62,104 bases of DNA from Deltaproteobacteria bacterium (GTDB lineage: Bacteria; Myxococcota_A; Polyangia; Polyangiales; JADZFZ01), in assembly GCA_020854145.1 (NCBI GenBank), contig JADZFZ010001081.1:1-62104 (forward strand), in the 5' to 3' direction. The notes beneath the pieces are model-generated. The model saw nothing but the letters and a program-made list of their open reading frames with translations, had not been told where the DNA came from and searched no databases. Positions 29,050 through 39,301 of this stretch are shown piece after piece. A program made the position numbers and the translations under genes. The first letter of the stretch is position 1, and the number at the start of each line of letters is the position of its first letter.

Positions 29050-30948
29050 ATGGACACAACCCACATGGGCACGATGGGCTTCTGGTCGCAGATGCCGCTT
29101 CCGGTGGCGGAGCTCGGCGTCGACCTCGATCCGCGTGGAACGAAGTACCTCGACCAATGGTTGCGTGTGCTCGATGCCGGGTTGCGGGTCGGCCTGGCGA
29201 TCGGTCTCGCGAGAGCCTGTCAGATTGGTGCGCTGTCGGCGGTCTGCCAGTCGCTGCTACCGCTGCTTGTCAAACCCAGCCTGGGCAAACGCGCCGACGC
29301 CATCGCGGTGCTCGAGGCCGCTGTTCCCGGCTCGACAGGGTGGAATCTCGACGAGCGGGCGGACGATCTCACCGAGCTCGCAGAGGCACTCGAGGAACGC
29401 CCTCGGAAGAGCGCTCCGAAGCTGCGCGAGGGTCTCAAGCATCTGGCGCGGGTGCGCAACGACGAGAAGCATTGGACGTTGACGCCGCAGCGCGAGGTGG
29501 AGGTGCGAGGTCCGCTGGAGTCGGCGGTACTCTGTCTCCTTCGGTCGAACACCGAGCTCGCACGCGGGCACATGCTGATTCTCCGCAGTATGAAACGCAC
29601 GCAGCCGGGCGAATTCGAATGCGAGGCGTGGTCGCTCCGCGGAGGGAAGTCCGCGGTCCTGCAACACTCCAAGCCCCTGCGGTTCCCGGATCCGATCCAG
29701 GGCCACGTGTATTGGCGGTGCGAGGACGAGACGATCCTTCCTCTCGCGCCTTTTGTGGTGGCACCACCGTTTCAGGACGATCGCGAGTCGGCCAATGATC
29801 AGCACGTATTCCTATTGGACAGCATCGAACGCCGCACCGTCGTCCGGCGCCGTCCGCTCACGCGCGAGACACTCGAACCGCACGATAGCGGGGAGCTCGA
29901 CGCATCGCTGCCTGGATGGCGCAACGCATACGCGCAGGCTGGCGGCCTGCCTGCACCCTCGGAGGCGCCGGACTCCCCCGGGCGAGTGCAGTCGAGTGGG
30001 AGTCAGAGCGCGTGGGAAGTCGCCGAGGTCGACGCACCGATAGCGGCCGGAGTGCCATCCGAACCGCCCATACTGCTCCCCCGCGCGCGTTTGCCGATGC
30101 CGTGGCTGGCGGCGGCCGTCGGCGCACTCGCCCTTACGGCGGCCGCGATAGCGGGCTGGTGGTGGATGTCTGGGGCACCGTCGGGGGGTGCCGTGGTGGC
30201 GAGCTCCGAGGAGACACAGCGTGCGGCGGCGACCCGCAATTGTCCCGCGCGCTGGACCTGGCTCGCGGGCGTCTCGAATCCCGCGTGCTGGCAAACCTTC
30301 GAGGCGACGTGGAGCGACGTTCGGGCGTGTGCGGACTGCTCGGTCCCCACGGCGGAGAATCGGCTGGTGGAGCTGAGCCGCCGTGCCGAGCTGTGTACGG
30401 ATGGGGAGGACGAGCCTGCCAATTGTCTCTCTCCCGGTAGCGCCGAGCGTGTCTGCAGAGCGCTGGGGCTGCGCGACTTCGGTGTCGGCACCGGGCGGCT
30501 TCCGACGGCCGCCGAATGGAAGAATGCCGCGCAGTGGCCCGACCTCGACGCGCCGTCGCTCGTTCTCGCGCGAGCCAACGAGGGCGCGTTCAACCTCTGC
30601 GATAGTACGTTCGTCGCTGCATTCCCGTCGGAGAGGTGCGTGCGACCGACGCTGCTGGACGGCGGTGCTCGCGTGGATCCCCAACACCCGGATAGCTGGG
30701 CTCGCGTCGCACCGGGTGGTCGATTCCCGGCTGATCGTGTGAACGGGCTCTTCGACGTTTACGGGAACGTGTCCGAGTTCGTCAGTCTCGGCAGCGACCG
30801 GTGGGGCGCCGGGGGCCGCTCGTTTCTCTCCGGGATCGCCGAGCGCTCGGGGGCTCTCGTCGTCGGGCCACAGTCGCGGAACCAGCTCGCGGCGGACGAC
30901 TTCGGTGCCCAGTACGGGTTCCGCTGCATCGTGCCGCTGGCGCCCTGA
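29050..30948 (+). CDS. HEPN-like domain, TM helix and FGE/sulfatase-modifying-factor domain
   Basis: RNDEKH (29455-29472); TM WLAAAVGALALTAAAIAGWWW; RLPTAAEWKNAA, NGLFDVYGNVSEF, YGFRC. Confidence 0.8.
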   Translation: MDTTHMGTMGFWSQMPLPVAELGVDLDPRGTKYLDQWLRVLDAGLRVGLAIGLARACQIGALSAVCQSLLPLLVKPSLGKRADAIAVLEAAVPGSTGWNLDERADDLTELAEALEERPRKSAPKLREGLKHLARVRNDEKHWTLTPQREVEVRGPLESAVLCLLRSNTELARGHMLILRSMKRTQPGEFECEAWSLRGGKSAVLQHSKPLRFPDPIQGHVYWRCEDETILPLAPFVVAPPFQDDRESANDQHVFLLDSIERRTVVRRRPLTRETLEPHDSGELDASLPGWRNAYAQAGGLPAPSEAPDSPGRVQSSGSQSAWEVAEVDAPIAAGVPSEPPILLPRARLPMPWLAAAVGALALTAAAIAGWWWMSGAPSGGAVVASSEETQRAAATRNCPARWTWLAGVSNPACWQTFEATWSDVRACADCSVPTAENRLVELSRRAELCTDGEDEPANCLSPGSAERVCRALGLRDFGVGTGRLPTAAEWKNAAQWPDLDAPSLVLARANEGAFNLCDSTFVAAFPSERCVRPTLLDGGARVDPQHPDSWARVAPGGRFPADRVNGLFDVYGNVSEFVSLGSDRWGAGGRSFLSGIAERSGALVVGPQSRNQLAADDFGAQYGFRCIVPLAP

Positions 30949-30954
30949 GGCCGA

Positions 30955-31197
30955 CTACCGGCTGCAGTCGTAGCAGCTGGTCTCGCCCGGAATGGCGATC
31001 GCGCCGCATCGGCACCGCACGTGACCGCCCGAGTGTCGGACCGGCTCGGAGTCGTCCTCGCGCCTGGCGATCGGCGGCGGCGATGACGGACGCTCGGCGA
31101 CCAGGAGCGCGACGTGCGCACGAGCGCGCAAGAGCACGAGCGTGTGGGGCGAAGGGGCGCGGCGACGCAGGACGCTCGGGAGAGGTCGCGCCATCAT
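30955..31197 (-). CDS. small protein with C-terminal CxC..CxxC putative zinc ribbon
   Basis: ATGA overlap with the glutaredoxin stop; ends CRCGAIAIPGETSCYDCSR. Confidence 0.35.
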   Translation of the reverse strand: MMARPLPSVLRRRAPSPHTLVLLRARAHVALLVAERPSSPPPIARREDDSEPVRHSGGHVRCRCGAIAIPGETSCYDCSR

Positions 31198-31442
31198 CCG
31201 TGGCGCTCCAGGGCGGCGCGCACCCTTCGGGGCGTCGGGTCGGTGACCCGGTGGTACTCGTCGTCGTCGCCGAGGACGAAGACGGCCGGGATACCGCGCA
31301 CGCGGAGTCGGTCGGCGAGCCGGCTGCCCGCGGGGGTGTCCACGTCCATCACCCGATAGCGGATGCCCTGGCGGCGAAGCGCGGTCTTGATGGGCTTGCA
31401 GTACACACACCAGTCCGCGGAGAACACGACGACCTGACTCAT
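31194..31442 (-). CDS. glutaredoxin/thioredoxin-fold protein
   Basis: VVVFSADWCVYCK (CxxC), YRVMDVD, RGIPAV (cis-Pro); GGAGG RBS. Confidence 0.8.
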   Translation of the reverse strand: MSQVVVFSADWCVYCKPIKTALRRQGIRYRVMDVDTPAGSRLADRLRVRGIPAVFVLGDDDEYHRVTDPTPRRVRAALERHG

Positions 31443-31703
31443 GGTTCCTCCCTACGCGGCGTCGGCGCCGCCGTTCGCTGGAAGGACGCGTGAGGCGCCG
31501 CATTTCTGACGGAATCGAACTCCGCTCGCCAAACTACGTGGGTCGGAGGAGCCACGTCCTTTCGCGCGCCGAGGTGTCAGAGGACGGGGCTCTGGCGCAT
31601 CTATGCGAACGATGTGTGTCTCGCGACGACGAGGTCCGATTCGGTGTAGTCCCCGACGCGCGCGGTCGATACTCTCGCGGGCCGTGGATGGGGAGGGCAC
31701 GAG

Positions 31704-34700
31704 ATGATGGACGTCTTCGCCCTACGAGAGCACGTCGTCGGCGAGTACCACCGCTACGTGCGGAGCTTCTTCGAAGTCCGCGACCCACGCATCCGTGAGC
31801 TCGTCGACCAGCAGCTCCAGCGTGGCGTGTTCTGGCCCGACCCGCTGGTTCAGCTCAATCCCACCTTCGAGCCCGGTCCGCCGCTTCTCGAGCTCGTGCG
31901 CGAGGGCCTGCTGCACCCGGAGTGCGAGAAGATCTTCGCCGACAAGGACGTGGATGGGACCGTTCGTTCCCCATTTCGTTTCCACAAGCACCAGGTGGAC
32001 GCGTTCCGCGCGGCGCGCGCCGGCAAGCACTACGTCCTGACGACTGGCACGGGCTCGGGCAAGAGCCTCTCGTACATCGTACCGATCGTCGACCACGTGC
32101 TCCGACGCGGGTCGGGTCGCGGCATCCAGGCGATCGTCGTCTATCCGATGAACGCGCTCGCGAACAGCCAGATCGGCGAGCTCACGAAGTTCCTCGAGCA
32201 CGGGTATCCGGCCGGGCATCCTCCCGTGACGTTCAAGCGCTACACGGGGCAGGAGCGCGACGAAGAACGGCGAGAGATCATCGGCAACCCGCCGGACATC
32301 CTCCTCACCAACTACGTGATGCTCGAGCTCCTGCTCACGCGACCGTGGGAGCACCAGCTCGTCGCGGCCGCCGAAGCGCTTCGCTTCCTCGTGCTCGACG
32401 AGCTCCACACCTATCGCGGTCGACAAGGCGCAGACGTCGCGATGCTCGTTCGGCGCGTCCGCGAGGCGTGCCGCGCCCACGACCTGCTCCACGTCGGGAC
32501 ATCGGCGACCCTCTCCGGTGCTGGCTCGTGGGACGCGCAGCGTGCAGAGGTCGCCGAGGTCGCGAGCCGTATCTTCGGTGTGAACGTGGGTAAGGACGAG
32601 ATCGTCGGCGAGACGCTTCGCCGCGTCACGCCGCGCCGCGAGCTCGAGCCCGAGTTCGACGTCCACTTGCGCGAGGTCATCGAGCGCGGAGACACGCCGC
32701 CGACCGACTCCATCGATGCCTTCGTGAATCACCCACTGTCGGTGTGGATCGAGACGAACCTCGGCCTCGAAGAAAAGGGGGGCCGATGGGTGCGCTGCAC
32801 GCCGCGACCCATCTCCGGCGACGATGGCGCGGGACAGGACCTCGCGGACCGCCTCCAGCTCCCGATCGACTTCGCCTTGGGCGCAATCATGCGAACGCTT
32901 CTAGCCGGCTATCGCGTTCGTGATAGCCATCGGCGCCCGCTGTTTGCTTTTCGCCTGCACCAGCTCGTCTCGAAAGGCGACGCCGTTTACGCGTCTCCCG
33001 AGGCCGAGGCCGATCGGCACCTCACTCTCGATGCGCAACAGTTCGTTCCCGGATCGGATCGCGCACGTGTGTTGCTCCCGATCGCGTTCTGCCGTGAGTG
33101 CGGACAAGAGTACTACCTCGTACGAAAGGCCCGAGACGGCCAGGGGCGAACGAGCTACCTGCCGCGCGACATCGGAGACCGCACCACCGACGACGATGGC
33201 GAGCCAGGATTCCTGCACATTCGCGCGCTCGAGCCGTGGCCCGACGGCGGAACCGAGATTCTCCAGCGACTTCCCGACAGTTGGGTCGAGCTCGACAAAC
33301 AGGGCCAGCTCGTCGTTCGGCAGAGTCGTCGCGCGCAAGTGCCGCGCACCGTCTTCCTCGGCCCCGACGGCGTCGAAGGATCCGGCGACGTCCGGGCGCA
33401 ATGGTTACCGGCGCCCTTCCTCTTCTGCCTGTGCTGCGGTGTGTCCTACGGCGCGCACCAGGCCTCCGATTACGGAAAGCTCGGCACACTCGGTTCCGAG
33501 GGACGAAGCACCGCGACGACCATCATGTCGCTTTCGACCATGCGGAGCCTTCGAGCCGAGACCGATCTTCCTCCGGATGCACGGAAGCTGCTGAGCTTCA
33601 CCGACAATCGACAAGACGCCTCCCTGCAGGCAGGGCACTTCAACGACTTCGTAGAGCTCGTCCTCCTTCGCTCCGGGCTCGCCGCGGCGGTACGCAACGC
33701 CGGTTCCTCTGGCATTCGACACGACGAGCTCACCCATCGCGTCTTCGATGCTCTCGGACTCTCCCTCTCGCTCTATGCCTCGAATCCCAATGTCGAGTTC
33801 CTCCAGCGCGAGGAGACCGAACGCGCGCTTCGGGCGGTGCTCGGTTACTACCTCTATCGCGATCTCCGGCGCGGCTGGCGAATCACGTCACCGAACCTGG
33901 AGCAATGCGGCCTGCTGGCGATCGACTACCTGTCGCTCCGACAGTTCTGTGCCGCCAACGACCGATGGGCTTCTCTCCATCCGGTGCTCGCGGGTGCGTC
34001 GCCGGACGAGCGCGAGCGCGCTTGCCGGGTGCTGCTCGACTACATGCGGCGCGAGCTCGCAATTCGGGTCGACTACCTGTCGGCCGCGCACCAAGAGACG
34101 ATCGAGCAGCAGTCTCGGCAATACCTGGTCCCCCCCTGGTCGCTCGACGACATGTCGTCGATGGAGCGTTCGACCATCGTGGTGCCCGGCTCGCGGAGCC
34201 GCGACGCGGATCCCACCGATCGCCTTCTCTTCCTGTCGCCGCGCGGCGGCTACGGTGCCTTCCTCCGAAGGCACGCTACCTTCGCCAGCTGGGCCGGCGA
34301 GCGCCTCCGGATCGACGACACCGACGTGCTCATTCGGGAGCTGCTCACGGCGCTCACGGTGCCCGGTATCGTTCAGCGCGTGCTGGAGCCCCGCGGCGAC
34401 CTCGCAGCGGGCTACCAGGTGAACGCGTCCGCATTGGTCTGGCGCGCCGGCGACGGCGGCCAGGCCTTTCACGATCCGGTTCGAGTCCCGAGCGCTCCCG
34501 AGAGCGGTCTCCGCGCGAACCCTTTCTTCGTGGACTACTACCGTGCCGACACCTCCGTGCTCAAGGCGATGGAGGCCCGCGAGCACACCGCGCAAGTCCC
34601 GAGCAGCGTCCGCGAGGACCGCGAGCAGCGTTTCCGCGATGCCCGCCTGCCGGTCCTCTATTGCTCTCCGACGATGGAGCTCGGTGTCGACATCGCGTCG

Positions 34701-37232
34701 CTGAACGTCGTCAACATGCGGAACGTCCCGCCAACTCCCGCCAACTACGCGCAGCGGAGTGGTCGCGCCGGCCGAAGCGGACAACCCGCCTTCGTTCTCA
34801 CGTATTGCTCGGCAGGGAGTCCCCACGACCAGTACTTCTTCCGGCGCCCCGACCGAATGGTGTCCGGAGCCGTCACCGCTCCCCGGCTCGATCTCGCCAA
34901 CGAGGATCTCTTGCGGGCTCACGTCCACGCGGTCTGGCTGGGTGTCGCGAAGCTCGGTTTGGGCCACTCCCTCGCCGAGGTCCTGGATGTCGGGGGAGAC
35001 GAGCCGACCCTGGAGCTGCAACCGAAGCTCAAAGCCGCTCTGGACGACCGGCGGTTCCGCGATCTCGCACGTGAGCGTGCGACCGACGCCTTGGGTGAAG
35101 CCGTCACCGCCGTGCTCGCACCTTCGGAGACCGTGCACGGTTGGATGACGCGTGTTCTCGATCAGCTCCCGCGATCATTCGACGACGCCTGCGAACGCTG
35201 GCGCTCGCTCTACAGGGCAGCCCTCACGCAATCGAAGCGCCAGCAGCGGCGGGTGCTCGACGCGTCGCTCCATCCACGCGACCGTGAGGCCGCCGCGCGC
35301 TTGCGCGCGGAGGCCGAAGCGCAGATTCGACTTCTCCTCGAAGTCGGGGAGGAGCAACACTCCGATTTCTACAGCTATCGCTATTTCGCCAGCGAAGGGT
35401 TTCTCCCCGGCTACAACTTCCCGAGATTGCCCCTCTCGGCGTTTCTCCCCGGAAGACGCGGAAGTCAGGGCCGCGACGAATTCCTGACCCGTCCCCGTTT
35501 CCTGGCGATCACCGAGTTCGGTCCGCGGAGCATCGTGTACCACGAGGGATCGCGGTACGTGATCAACAAGGTCATCGTCCCCGTCGATGCCGATGGCGCG
35601 AGCATCAATCGCCGAGGCGTGCAGTGTACGAGCTGCGGGTATCTGCATCCCCTCGGAGACGAGCCGGCGCCCGACCTCTGCGAGCACTGCGGCGCGGCGC
35701 TGCCCGGGGCGAGCGACAATCTCTTTCGAATGCAGAACGTCTCCACCCGACGCCGTGATCGGATCAATTCCGACGAGGAGGAGCGCTTTCGTCTCGGTTA
35801 CGAGATGAAGACGGGTCTGCGATTCGCCACACGCGGCGGAGTCGTCTCCGCACAGGAGGCCGAGCTCGCCAGCGCGGATGGGATTCCGCTCGCACGATTG
35901 GTGTACGGAAATGCCGCGACCCTCTGGCGCATCAATCTGGGTTGGCGCCGCCGCCAGAATCGCGATCAGACCGGCTTCTTGCTCGATCTCGATCGCGGCT
36001 ACTGGGCGAAGAACCAGGAGGTGGAGGACGACCCGGACGACGACGTCTCCAGACGGCTCGCTCGGGTCGTGCCCTTCGTGGAGGACCAGAGGAATTGCCT
36101 GCTCGTCGTCCCGTCGACCACGCTGCCCGCCCCCGTGATGGCGAGTCTGCAGTCGGCGCTGAAGAGTGCCGTCCAGATCGTCTATCAGCTCGAAGATCGA
36201 GAGCTCGCTGCCGAGCCACTGCCGAGTGACGACGTCCGCTCGCGGATTCTGCTGTACGAGGCCTCCGAAGGCGGCGCAGGCGTCTTGAGGCGGCTCGTGG
36301 AGGATCCCGGTGCTGCCGCCGTCGTCGCCCGGGCTGCACTCGATCTCTGCCACTTCGACGCAGACACGCTTCGTGATCGCCGACCACCCGACGCGGCCGG
36401 CAACGGCTGCGAGGCAGCCTGCTACGACTGCCTGCTCTCGTACTACAACCAGCGCGAGCACCGACTCCTCGACCGCAAGCTCCTTCCGGAGCTGCTTCGT
36501 ACCTGGATGTTGGGAAAGGTCCGGACTTCACCTCGCCCGGAGCCGCGACAGGAGCACGTCGCTCGGCTCAAGCGTCTGGCGCAGTCCGACCTCGAGCGGA
36601 GTTGGATCGACCTGGTGGATCGACAGGGGCTCAAGCTGCCGTCCGACGGTCAGGTGTTCATCGACGCCGCGAACGCTCGGCCGGACTTCCTGTATCGCCA
36701 GGAGGGCGCGGCCATCTTCGTGGATGGGCCGGTCCACGACGACGAACGCCAACGCGGCTCCGACCGCGAGCAACAAGACGCGTTGGAGGATGCGGGCTTC
36801 GCGGTCATCCGCTTCCACCACGCCGTCGATTGGCTCGGGGTCATTCGCGGCTACCCGAGCGTCTTCGGAACCGTGGCATCGATCCCGCCGCCCGGGACCC
36901 ATCCGCCGGGTCCCCAGGTCGAGGGCGTCGATCTCGAGGATTTCGATCCGCAGTGGCAGTCGCTCGTCGTCGCGCTCGCCGGCGATCCGGGAGCTCTGAT
37001 TCGCGCCGTCGGCGACATCGCGGATCCGTCGGGACGCGTGGTTGGATCGTGCCCGGCCGAGGTCGTGGCGGGTGCGAAGTCCGTATTCGTGGTGGACCTG
37101 ACCAGCCCCGATGTCGAGCGCGTCGAGGCGGCTCTGCTCGCCGAGGGTCGTGTCGTCGTGCGCGTCGATCCGGCTGCAGGCGATGCGGCCGAGCGCGTCC
37201 GCGCAGCACTTCGGAACGCGGTGCCGTCGTGA
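31704..37232 (+). CDS. SF2 DEAD/DEAH helicase with DUF1998 (MZB) and DUF559-like nuclease (fused DrmA/DrmB-like)
   Basis: TTGTGSGKS, PMNALANSQ, LDELHTYRG, TSAT, TMELGVDI, QRSGRAGR; C-x..CEAACYDCL; ARPDFLY..AIFVDGPVH..D...L..AGFAVIRF. Confidence 0.92.
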   Translation: MMDVFALREHVVGEYHRYVRSFFEVRDPRIRELVDQQLQRGVFWPDPLVQLNPTFEPGPPLLELVREGLLHPECEKIFADKDVDGTVRSPFRFHKHQVDAFRAARAGKHYVLTTGTGSGKSLSYIVPIVDHVLRRGSGRGIQAIVVYPMNALANSQIGELTKFLEHGYPAGHPPVTFKRYTGQERDEERREIIGNPPDILLTNYVMLELLLTRPWEHQLVAAAEALRFLVLDELHTYRGRQGADVAMLVRRVREACRAHDLLHVGTSATLSGAGSWDAQRAEVAEVASRIFGVNVGKDEIVGETLRRVTPRRELEPEFDVHLREVIERGDTPPTDSIDAFVNHPLSVWIETNLGLEEKGGRWVRCTPRPISGDDGAGQDLADRLQLPIDFALGAIMRTLLAGYRVRDSHRRPLFAFRLHQLVSKGDAVYASPEAEADRHLTLDAQQFVPGSDRARVLLPIAFCRECGQEYYLVRKARDGQGRTSYLPRDIGDRTTDDDGEPGFLHIRALEPWPDGGTEILQRLPDSWVELDKQGQLVVRQSRRAQVPRTVFLGPDGVEGSGDVRAQWLPAPFLFCLCCGVSYGAHQASDYGKLGTLGSEGRSTATTIMSLSTMRSLRAETDLPPDARKLLSFTDNRQDASLQAGHFNDFVELVLLRSGLAAAVRNAGSSGIRHDELTHRVFDALGLSLSLYASNPNVEFLQREETERALRAVLGYYLYRDLRRGWRITSPNLEQCGLLAIDYLSLRQFCAANDRWASLHPVLAGASPDERERACRVLLDYMRRELAIRVDYLSAAHQETIEQQSRQYLVPPWSLDDMSSMERSTIVVPGSRSRDADPTDRLLFLSPRGGYGAFLRRHATFASWAGERLRIDDTDVLIRELLTALTVPGIVQRVLEPRGDLAAGYQVNASALVWRAGDGGQAFHDPVRVPSAPESGLRANPFFVDYYRADTSVLKAMEAREHTAQVPSSVREDREQRFRDARLPVLYCSPTMELGVDIASLNVVNMRNVPPTPANYAQRSGRAGRSGQPAFVLTYCSAGSPHDQYFFRRPDRMVSGAVTAPRLDLANEDLLRAHVHAVWLGVAKLGLGHSLAEVLDVGGDEPTLELQPKLKAALDDRRFRDLARERATDALGEAVTAVLAPSETVHGWMTRVLDQLPRSFDDACERWRSLYRAALTQSKRQQRRVLDASLHPRDREAAARLRAEAEAQIRLLLEVGEEQHSDFYSYRYFASEGFLPGYNFPRLPLSAFLPGRRGSQGRDEFLTRPRFLAITEFGPRSIVYHEGSRYVINKVIVPVDADGASINRRGVQCTSCGYLHPLGDEPAPDLCEHCGAALPGASDNLFRMQNVSTRRRDRINSDEEERFRLGYEMKTGLRFATRGGVVSAQEAELASADGIPLARLVYGNAATLWRINLGWRRRQNRDQTGFLLDLDRGYWAKNQEVEDDPDDDVSRRLARVVPFVEDQRNCLLVVPSTTLPAPVMASLQSALKSAVQIVYQLEDRELAAEPLPSDDVRSRILLYEASEGGAGVLRRLVEDPGAAAVVARAALDLCHFDADTLRDRRPPDAAGNGCEAACYDCLLSYYNQREHRLLDRKLLPELLRTWMLGKVRTSPRPEPRQEHVARLKRLAQSDLERSWIDLVDRQGLKLPSDGQVFIDAANARPDFLYRQEGAAIFVDGPVHDDERQRGSDREQQDALEDAGFAVIRFHHAVDWLGVIRGYPSVFGTVASIPPPGTHPPGPQVEGVDLEDFDPQWQSLVVALAGDPGALIRAVGDIADPSGRVVGSCPAEVVAGAKSVFVVDLTSPDVERVEAALLAEGRVVVRVDPAAGDAAERVRAALRNAVPS

Positions 37233-39301
37233 CGACGCTGCTGTCGGAGTCCTTTCTCGAATCGGTCGGCCGGCTGTCCGCGGGCGCGAAAGCTCGCGTC
37301 TTGGACTTCATCGCCGCGTTCCAGAAGAACCCTGCATCTCCGGCCGTGAGTCTGGAGCGCGTGACGGGGGCACGTTCGTCTCAGGTGTGGGCCGGTCGGA
37401 TCTCGAACGAGCTGCGCGCCATCCTCCACAAGGACGGCGACACGTGGGTCGTCCTGCACGCCGACCATCACGACCCGGCTTACCGTTGGGCGGGACGCCA
37501 CGAGGTCGGCCGGCACGCGGTGACCGGGGCGCTCCAGGTGGTGGAGGTCGTCGAGCGCGTCGAGGAGCCCGTCGTCGCACGTTCGCGCGCGGCACCCGTG
37601 CCCGCCGGCCTGTTCGGTGGGCGAACGGACGATTACCTCGTGAGCCTGGGCGTTCCCGAGACGTGGCTCCCCGTCTTGCGATCGGTGACGAACGACGACC
37701 AGCTCCTCGACGTCTGCGTGAAGCTGCCGTCCGACGTGGCGGAACGCCTGCTCTCGGTCGCGGGCGGCGAGCTCGTCACTCCCCCTGCGCCCATCCCGCT
37801 CGATGCGCCGCTGACGGCCAGCCCCGACCTGCAGCGCCGGTTCTACGTGGTCGATGACCGCTCGGACCTCGAGGCGGTGCTCGATGCACCGATGGCGCGA
37901 TGGATTGCCTTTCTCCATCCGAGCCAGCGCCAGCTCGTGGAGAAGGACTTCCACGGTCCGGCGAAGATCACGGGCTCTGCCGGAACCGGCAAGACGACCG
38001 TCGCCATGCACCGTGCACGGCGTCTCGCGCGCGCCGGCCGACGTGTCTTCCTGACCACCTATGGCCGCACGCTCGCCGAGAACCTCCTTCGCCAGCTTCG
38101 GGTCTTCTGCACACCCGAGGATCTCGAGCGCATCACCGTTTCGACAGTGCACGCACGCGCGCTCGCAGTGGCGCGCACCCGCGACAGTCGAGTCGACATC
38201 GCAGGGACCAACGAAGTCCGCACCCTCCTCGACGCGATGCGCCTGCGGCATGCCCCTTCGCTCGATCCGGCGTTCGTACGCGCGGAGTGGGAGTCCGTCG
38301 CGCAACTGCACGGTCTCGAATCGTGGGCCGAATACCGCGGAGCTCGGCGGACCGGCCGCGGCAAGCCACTGAGCGTCGCGGATCGCAAGCAAGTCTGGCA
38401 GGTCTTCGAGGCGGTGCTCGAGACGTTGCGCGGCAGGCGTCACTACGACTGGTCCGGCCTCTGCCGTTTTGCCTGCGCGGAGCTGTCTTCGGGTCGAGCT
38501 GCGAGCCCGTTCGACGCCGTGCTCGTGGACGAAGTGCAGGACCTCAAGCCGCCGGAGCTGCGATTCCTGCGAGCGCTCGTCGGGACTGCGGGCGAGCTCG
38601 TCCTCTTCGGCGACGCGGGTCAGCGCATCTATCCCGGCGGGTTCAGCTTGGGTGCGCTCGGCATCGACGTGCGCGGCCGCTCGACGATCCTCCGATTGAA
38701 CTATCGGACCACGGAGCAGATACGGCGTGCCGCCGACCGCGTGCTGGGCACCGAATCGGACGACCTCGATGAAGGTCGGGAGTCGCGGCGCGGCACGCGG
38801 AGTCTCTTGCGCGGGCCGGAGCCCCAACTCCGCGGCTATGAGCTCGGCGAGTCCGAGACCGATGCCGCCGTCCGACGAATCCGACAGTGGCTCTCCTCCG
38901 GTTTGCAGCCCTCCGGCATCGCGGTATTCGCGCGCACCAACCGGCGGGCCGAGCAGATGGTCGGCGCATTCACGGCAGCGGATGTGCCCGCCGTGCTGCT
39001 CGCGGACGGAGACGAGCGCGCGACCGACGCCGTTCACGTCGGGACCATGCACCGCGCCAAGGGCCTCGAGTTCCGCGCGGTGCTCGTCGCGGATTGCTCT
39101 GCCGGCGTCGTTCCGCTCGCGACGATGCTGGATGCCCAGGTCGATCCTCAGGACCGCGAGACTGCCGAAGAGCGCGAGAAGCAATTGCTGTATGTCGCAA
39201 TGACTCGCGCGCGCGACGAGCTGGCCATCACGTGGACGGGGCAGCCCAGTCCGTTCCTCGCGCCGCTGCTCGGCGGCTCGCACGTCGGAGAATCCCCATG
39301 A
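37229..39301 (+). CDS. UvrD-like SF1 helicase with N-terminal RelE-like domain
   Basis: GTGA overlap; GSAGTGKT, VDEVQD, FGDAGQRIY, LNYRTT, TMHRAKGLEF, LLYVAMTRAR; N-terminus WAGRISNELRAIL...HADHHDPAY. Confidence 0.88.
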   Translation: MTTLLSESFLESVGRLSAGAKARVLDFIAAFQKNPASPAVSLERVTGARSSQVWAGRISNELRAILHKDGDTWVVLHADHHDPAYRWAGRHEVGRHAVTGALQVVEVVERVEEPVVARSRAAPVPAGLFGGRTDDYLVSLGVPETWLPVLRSVTNDDQLLDVCVKLPSDVAERLLSVAGGELVTPPAPIPLDAPLTASPDLQRRFYVVDDRSDLEAVLDAPMARWIAFLHPSQRQLVEKDFHGPAKITGSAGTGKTTVAMHRARRLARAGRRVFLTTYGRTLAENLLRQLRVFCTPEDLERITVSTVHARALAVARTRDSRVDIAGTNEVRTLLDAMRLRHAPSLDPAFVRAEWESVAQLHGLESWAEYRGARRTGRGKPLSVADRKQVWQVFEAVLETLRGRRHYDWSGLCRFACAELSSGRAASPFDAVLVDEVQDLKPPELRFLRALVGTAGELVLFGDAGQRIYPGGFSLGALGIDVRGRSTILRLNYRTTEQIRRAADRVLGTESDDLDEGRESRRGTRSLLRGPEPQLRGYELGESETDAAVRRIRQWLSSGLQPSGIAVFARTNRRAEQMVGAFTAADVPAVLLADGDERATDAVHVGTMHRAKGLEFRAVLVADCSAGVVPLATMLDAQVDPQDRETAEEREKQLLYVAMTRARDELAITWTGQPSPFLAPLLGGSHVGESP

